Shown here in pieces: positions 59,213 through 64,000 of a stretch of 64,000 nt of DNA. The stretch lies in the IMG/VR virus record IMGVR_UViG_3300045988_170206, positions 64,001-128,000 of that record, one strand, 5' to 3'. The number at the start of each line of letters is the position of its first letter. Positions within the stretch are counted from its first letter, which is position 1. A program made the translations under genes and the position numbers. The DNA comes from a virus. Under the pieces are notes generated by a model. It saw only the letters and a program-made list of their open reading frames with translations, was not told the origin of the DNA and did no database searches.

Positions 59213-60025
59213 ATGCGCCCAGACGAAGCAAACGAGATCCCTGTCGAAGCGACGAGCTTGCCCCTGTCGCTTCCTGCTCATGTGCGCGCCGTCGCCCTCG
59301 AGTATGCCTACGTGGGCGTGAGGCTCAGCAAGCATCTCAACCAATATGCAGGGTTTCCGCAACCTCAATCCCTGGATGTGGCAGACGTTGCGCTTGATCC
59401 GTCACATGCAGCGGAGCTCCTGCGCGCTGAATGGGGGCTTTCTGACAGGCCAGTCCACAGCATGATGCGCCTCCTCGAAACGGTGGGAGTGCGTGTCTTC
59501 TCTCTCGGACAGGGGCAAGCAGAGGTCAGCACGTTCTCCTTCATGTGGGAGGGGGTGCCTTACGTGTTCCTGCAAACAGGGTGGGATGCTGTAGCGCAGC
59601 GTTTTTCCCTCGCGAGCGAGCTAGGGCACCTCGCCATGCACGCCATCGACACTGAACCAGTTGGCACGCTGCGCAGGATTGAAGAGGCTAAGGACTTCGG
59701 GAGAGCGTTCCTCATGCCACCGTGCGCACTCTATGCCCACGGGAGCACCTGGACATCGCACGATGTCATCAACGCTTCCGTCATGTACGGAGCGCCTACA
59801 GGGGAACTGCTCTGCCACCTGTACGCTCTCGGTGTCATCAGCCTTCACCAAAAGACTGAGGTCGCCGCCGACATCAAAGGTGATCGCCCTAGCTGTCCTG
59901 TTGAAAGGTCGGAGCATCTACAGCGCATCAGACTCCACGCGCTACGCGAAGCTGCCAGCAAGACCGGCATCAACGTCGCAACAGCATCCGAGTACCTGCG
60001 CGACCTGACCATCCGATCCGTATAA
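59213..60025 (+). CDS. ImmA/IrrE (COG2856, M78)-like protein with a degenerate metal-binding motif
   Basis: FSLASELGHLAMH...AKDFGRAFLMP matches the family layout, but reads SELGH where HExxH is expected. Confidence 0.5.
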   Translation: MRPDEANEIPVEATSLPLSLPAHVRAVALEYAYVGVRLSKHLNQYAGFPQPQSLDVADVALDPSHAAELLRAEWGLSDRPVHSMMRLLETVGVRVFSLGQGQAEVSTFSFMWEGVPYVFLQTGWDAVAQRFSLASELGHLAMHAIDTEPVGTLRRIEEAKDFGRAFLMPPCALYAHGSTWTSHDVINASVMYGAPTGELLCHLYALGVISLHQKTEVAADIKGDRPSCPVERSEHLQRIRLHALREAASKTGINVATASEYLRDLTIRSV

Positions 60026-60090
60026 CCAACTGGCATGAGCCCCTAGCGGCACTCTGCCCCTATAGGCACAATCATCCAGAGAGGAACACC

Positions 60091-61344
60091 ATGAGGACAT
60101 TCTTCATCGTCCGAGGAGCGCCCGGTATCGGCAAGAGCACCTTCCTCAGCCTCTACCAGGCCCGCGGCCAAGTCGTCTCCCTCGACGGGATCCGCGACGT
60201 GTTCGCCATGCCCATCCCCGACTGGGACGGCGTTCCCGGAAGGTCCATCTGTGGGGACACTGAGGGGACGATCTCCCGCGTCCTCGAGTCCGCCCTGCGG
60301 TCACGCTTCGAGCAGGGTGGCGACGTGTTCTTCGACGCGACCAACCCGGAGCTGCAACAGTTCAAGCACCTCGCCGACATGTCCCGAGCCTACGGCTACC
60401 AGGTCGCTGTCATCGACATGCAAGGGAACGCCACCGACGACATGATCCTCGCGCAGAACGCGAAGCGCGCGGGCAGCGTCACCTACGTCCCCGAAGAAGA
60501 CGTTCTCAGGATCTCAACGCGAGTCCGTGAGGGCACCCGCGAGTGCCGCCGGTACGCGGGACGTGGCATGTGGGTGTCCGCCCAGTGGGAAGAACGTGAC
60601 TGTGGGCTGCACCTGGTCAACCTCGATGCCATGCGCGACTTCGTGCGCTCCACCATCGACGGGCGCTACGTCAAGACGATCACCCCGAAAGCGGGGGAGC
60701 GTGTCGTCATTGTCGGGAGCGCCTACGGTGGTGCTCAGCCACTCAGCGCAACGCTCATGGAAGCCTGGGACGCGACCAAGGATGCGCGCGCCGTGACGTG
60801 GGTGTTCCTCGGAGATGCGCTCGCATCCAGCCCGCACGTCACCCAGGCGTGGAAGATCCTCAAGTACTTCGAGACCCAAGCCAAGCAACACGGCCACACC
60901 GTCATCTTCCTTGAAGGGATCGACGAGACTATCCTGCGTGAAATCCTCACCCGCGCCGCCAGCTCCCACGCATTCCCTGACGCTCGAGAAGTCATCGACG
61001 CAATCACCCGAACGGGAACCCAGAAACGCGACCTCCTGCGTCACCTGAACAACCTCACCTGCGCGCTCACCATCCACACGGAAAGCGGAACCTGCTACGT
61101 CACCACCGGCGGCACCGCAAACCAGGACCGCACTCTCACCGCCCTCGAGTGCACCAACGGCGCAAACGACCGCACCAGCACCTACCGTAGGAAGACCAAC
61201 TACGAGGACTACCCTGAACCCCTCAGTGAGGCAGCGGCCCGCGCCGACATTACGATCATCCACGGCCACAGGAACACACCTCACGACATGCCCCGAGTCG
61301 TCGCCGTCGAAACCGGGAAGGCCCCCGGTTACGTGATCCTCTGA
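60091..61344 (+). CDS. P-loop (AAA_33/polynucleotide-kinase-like) kinase fused to a calcineurin-like phosphoesterase-like domain
   Basis: The N-terminus is FFIVRGAPGIGKSTFL...VFFDATN. The C-terminal blocks VVIVGSAYGG / FLGDALASSP / FLEGIDE / IIHGHRN are collinear with the metallophosphatase motifs GDxHG / GDxxDRG / GNHE / GH, but several ligands are substituted. Confidence 0.55.
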   Translation: MRTFFIVRGAPGIGKSTFLSLYQARGQVVSLDGIRDVFAMPIPDWDGVPGRSICGDTEGTISRVLESALRSRFEQGGDVFFDATNPELQQFKHLADMSRAYGYQVAVIDMQGNATDDMILAQNAKRAGSVTYVPEEDVLRISTRVREGTRECRRYAGRGMWVSAQWEERDCGLHLVNLDAMRDFVRSTIDGRYVKTITPKAGERVVIVGSAYGGAQPLSATLMEAWDATKDARAVTWVFLGDALASSPHVTQAWKILKYFETQAKQHGHTVIFLEGIDETILREILTRAASSHAFPDAREVIDAITRTGTQKRDLLRHLNNLTCALTIHTESGTCYVTTGGTANQDRTLTALECTNGANDRTSTYRRKTNYEDYPEPLSEAAARADITIIHGHRNTPHDMPRVVAVETGKAPGYVIL

Positions 61345-61400
61345 CCGCCCATCAACACTCGCAGACCACAACCGCTTTCACGACGAAAGGAACACCCCTC

Positions 61401-63122
61401 ATGGGACAACGAGGCGTACACGCCACCATCACTCAAGACAAGAGCACCGGCCTCATCACCGTCAACCACGTGACGGTCCAATGGAGCTTGAACATTGCTG
61501 GCATCATCCAGTTCGCCCTACAGCACGCGGGCAAGGACGGCTACACCCAGGACGAGTTCCTGAAACTCCTCAAAAAGACCGTCGCTGACATGGAGCACAT
61601 CGGCGCTTTCAACATGGTCGACGAGGACTACGAGTACTACGCCGACCGTGGACCCATGGAGGGGTACTGCTTCGTCGCCCACAACCATGAGGACGGGAAA
61701 GAGTATCTTCTTGGCATCGACAAGAGGGGCGGCGGTCTCCTAGCGAGCTACACGGAGCCTGAACGCTCCTCAATTCCTCGCGCGTTCGCCAAACGTAAGG
61801 CCGCTGAAAAGTTCATCAAGGAACACGGCCACGCTCAGGATGCGGTGTCATACCTGTGGGATCTGGACACTAACCAGTTCACGTTCTTCACCAACTGGGG
61901 GGCTCTCGAGGCCTACGACTTCGCAACCGGCGAGACCGTCGCCTGCAAGGAGATCACCTACAGTCTCGACCAACTGCGCCACCCAAACGCATCAGTCGAA
62001 TACGACGGCAACGCATCATCCAAGCGTGTCATCCGCCTCTACAAAGGCGCACTCCCCGAAGTAGTCCCCGCTGAGGAGGAGAGCGAGTCCGACATTGCTC
62101 TACGCGCAAGCAAGCGCCTCCCCCTCCGGTGGCCAGGCGGCGACACTCCCACCCACGCTCGTGTCGCACTGCTGAATCGCAGCTCAGCCCAATACGTTGC
62201 CGTTGTGTGTGCCGAAGGCAAGGAGTTCCCCGTGAATCTCCTGACCGTCGATCAGACGCTCGAGGGTAGGGTCATTGACCGCAACCCCTTCGTGTACGAC
62301 CCTCACGTCGAAAACGAAGCGCAGCCCGCCTACGTCGTCACCGACTTCTCCGGCAACCCCCAGATCGGAAGCGGCGAATGGGAGTTCTCCAAGATCAGCG
62401 CCAAGACCGGGCGCGCGGACCTGTCCCGCACCTACAAGGTCACCGGCAACCTGGAAGAGAACACCCTCGATGAGCTGTTCAACAAGGCCGTCCAGGGTGG
62501 GGCTCACAAGCCAGACGCATACTACGGGCGTAAGCCTGCGTGGCTGGCAGACCTCATCCGTGACGTGAGCACTGGCTCGTGGACTCTTGGCGACGTTGAG
62601 TACTGGTCGAAGCGCTGCGACGTGCCCTTCGACTACGAGATGCAGATGCCCGACATCCCAGCGGGCCTACAAGAATCGTTCGAGCAGAGCGCCCTGAAGT
62701 ATGCCGACGCGATGGACACCAACCTCGTTGCGTTCCCGAAGGGCACGCCCGTCAAGAAGCGCCTCAACGAGATTCAGCGACGCTGGCTCCTCGGCCTCGC
62801 TGGCCGTCCAGTCGTGCCCGACGAGATCGAACTGTCTCCCATCGCGGACGGAAAGCTCATTGAGGCCTACCTGAAGCCCTGGGACCGCTCCCTCGTCATC
62901 CCCATGGGGGATGCGCTCGACAAGCTCGTCTACCGTGCCCTAGCGGCAGCAGTCTACGACTACGCGGACAACCGCAACGCCCCACTGACGAACCTGCGCC
63001 TCACCGCAAAGGACAGCGAGGTCATCATGTGTGCCGCGTTCTCCCCCGCATGGTCAACAAGTAAGCGCCTCAACAACCGACAGGCCGTCATCAAGTTGAG
63101 CGACTGGATCGCGAAGCACTGA
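61401..63122 (+). CDS. hypothetical protein (573 aa), paralog family B
   Basis: The N-terminal ~230 aa align by eye with the ORF starting at 63197 (for example SYLWDLDTNQFTFFTNWGALEAYDFATGE vs SFLWDLDSDQFTFFAHEGSSLEAYDFADDE). Confidence 0.7.
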   Translation: MGQRGVHATITQDKSTGLITVNHVTVQWSLNIAGIIQFALQHAGKDGYTQDEFLKLLKKTVADMEHIGAFNMVDEDYEYYADRGPMEGYCFVAHNHEDGKEYLLGIDKRGGGLLASYTEPERSSIPRAFAKRKAAEKFIKEHGHAQDAVSYLWDLDTNQFTFFTNWGALEAYDFATGETVACKEITYSLDQLRHPNASVEYDGNASSKRVIRLYKGALPEVVPAEEESESDIALRASKRLPLRWPGGDTPTHARVALLNRSSAQYVAVVCAEGKEFPVNLLTVDQTLEGRVIDRNPFVYDPHVENEAQPAYVVTDFSGNPQIGSGEWEFSKISAKTGRADLSRTYKVTGNLEENTLDELFNKAVQGGAHKPDAYYGRKPAWLADLIRDVSTGSWTLGDVEYWSKRCDVPFDYEMQMPDIPAGLQESFEQSALKYADAMDTNLVAFPKGTPVKKRLNEIQRRWLLGLAGRPVVPDEIELSPIADGKLIEAYLKPWDRSLVIPMGDALDKLVYRALAAAVYDYADNRNAPLTNLRLTAKDSEVIMCAAFSPAWSTSKRLNNRQAVIKLSDWIAKH

Positions 63123-63196
63123 CCCAAACGAGCCTCGGCCACGACACAAAAACCGTGGCCGAGGCTCACCACATCCCCAGCCAGGAAGGCCCCATA

Positions 63197-64000
63197 ATGA
63201 ACGAACAATCAGCTCTCTACGCGACGATCAGCCGCGACGCTCGCACCGGACTCATCAGCGTTGACTACATGACCGTCAACGACGGCGAGTTCACATTCCT
63301 CGCACTTCAACACGCCCTCCAACGCGCAGACAAAGACGGCTACAGCCGCAGCGACTTCCTGAAAGTCCTCAAGAAAACCATTCACGACATGGGTACAGTC
63401 GAATCGTTCGCCCTGATCGACTCGAACGGCGACTACGGCTTCGACGGCAGCGCACCCCTCAAGGGCTACTCCGTCATCCCCTACTACACGGAAGAAGTAG
63501 GAGGCTCCGAGCCTAGCTACGTCGGCCTGAGCAACAGGAGTGTCGTTGAGCGCAGCTGCGAGGCGCGCGCGTTTGCTCGCCGTGAAGCAGCCGAGGCGTT
63601 CGTCAAGACCCACCCCAGCGTCCAGGAGGGCGTGTCCTTCCTGTGGGATCTGGACAGCGATCAGTTCACGTTCTTCGCTCATGAGGGATCCAGTCTCGAG
63701 GCCTACGACTTCGCAGACGACGAGATCAAGACGTGCCGGGAGGTCGCCTACAGCATCGACCAGGTGCGCCGAGCCGCAGGTGAAGTCATGTACGAGAGCG
63801 ACGGAGAAGAGGACACCATCATTCCCCTGTACGACGGGCCCCTTGCTGAGGAAGACGACGAGCTCACGGACCATGAGCGCTGCGTCAAAGCGCACTCGCG
63901 ACTCCCCATCCTCTTCCCCGACAACGCCAACCACGAGATCAAGCAAGTCACCATCGAACTCCACAACCGAGTGCCCTCCCAGTACTTCGCGCTCGCAACG
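63197..64000 (+). CDS. hypothetical protein, paralog family B (5' part; ORF runs off the right edge)
   Basis: Own translation from the ATG at 63197 (AGGAAGG at 7 nt): MNEQSALYATISRDARTGLISVDYMTVNDGEFTFLALQHALQRADKDGYSRSDFLKVLKK... It stays open to base 64000. The antisense ORF 63209..63964 in the track is its shadow. Confidence 0.7.
   Translation, partial: MNEQSALYATISRDARTGLISVDYMTVNDGEFTFLALQHALQRADKDGYSRSDFLKVLKKTIHDMGTVESFALIDSNGDYGFDGSAPLKGYSVIPYYTEEVGGSEPSYVGLSNRSVVERSCEARAFARREAAEAFVKTHPSVQEGVSFLWDLDSDQFTFFAHEGSSLEAYDFADDEIKTCREVAYSIDQVRRAAGEVMYESDGEEDTIIPLYDGPLAEEDDELTDHERCVKAHSRLPILFPDNANHEIKQVTIELHNRVPSQYFALAT

Noticed and set aside
63209-63964. 251-aa minus-strand ORF in the track
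   Set aside because: It is an antisense shadow of the open-ended plus-strand gene starting at 63197. That gene has a good SD and a clear paralog at 61401. The minus-strand translation is Val/Gly/Asp/Glu-rich, as is typical of high-GC antisense frames.
1-64000. Hallmark genes to classify the element (terminase, portal, capsid, tail, integrase, relaxase, VirB4/VirD4, att sites)
   Set aside because: I could not recognise any of these by eye in this window. The phage-versus-plasmid nature of the element therefore stays open, and I make no mobile_element boundary call.

Overview
This is a GC-rich, tightly packed window with many ATGA/GTGA start-stop overlaps and a recurrent GAAAGGA(A)-type Shine-Dalgarno sequence. 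It looks like part of an actinobacterial mobile element, either phage-plasmid-like or conjugative-plasmid-like. I see no rRNA, no CRISPR array, and no recognisable virion, relaxase or integrase gene.

Left arm (1-10.5 kb, minus strand):
- a truncated actin-fold ParM/Alp-like gene
- four unknown genes, one of them an HTH protein
- a ~470-bp array of ~17 degenerate 16-bp iterons
- a J-domain protein
- a 1526-aa FtsK/SpoIIIE-like P-loop protein
- a frameshifted NrdH glutaredoxin

From 11 kb rightwards (mostly plus strand):
- three (w)HTH proteins
- a ~19-kb block of unknown, partly paralogous proteins, with membrane proteins and two secreted cell-wall-hydrolase-like proteins that share a C-terminal membrane anchor
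- a ParB-HNH fusion
- a Ro60/TROVE-vWA (Rsr-like) gene embedded in a 7-tRNA array, together with two homologous structured non-tRNA elements (Y-RNA candidates)
- a DUF1524-type nuclease
- a tandem triplicated gene family
- a recombination/DNA-metabolism block: long-tailed RecT, HNH, WhiB, a fragmented C5 methyltransferase, a PD-(D/E)XK protein, RusA and SSB
- an LAKTG-anchored proline-rich surface protein
- Lsr2
- a 937-aa unknown protein
- an orphan AAA_21-like ATPase
- an ImmA/IrrE-like protein
- a P-loop kinase fused to a degenerate metallophosphatase-like domain
- a paralog pair that runs off the right edge

All family assignments come from motif recognition by eye. No database search, RNA folding or statistics program was run.
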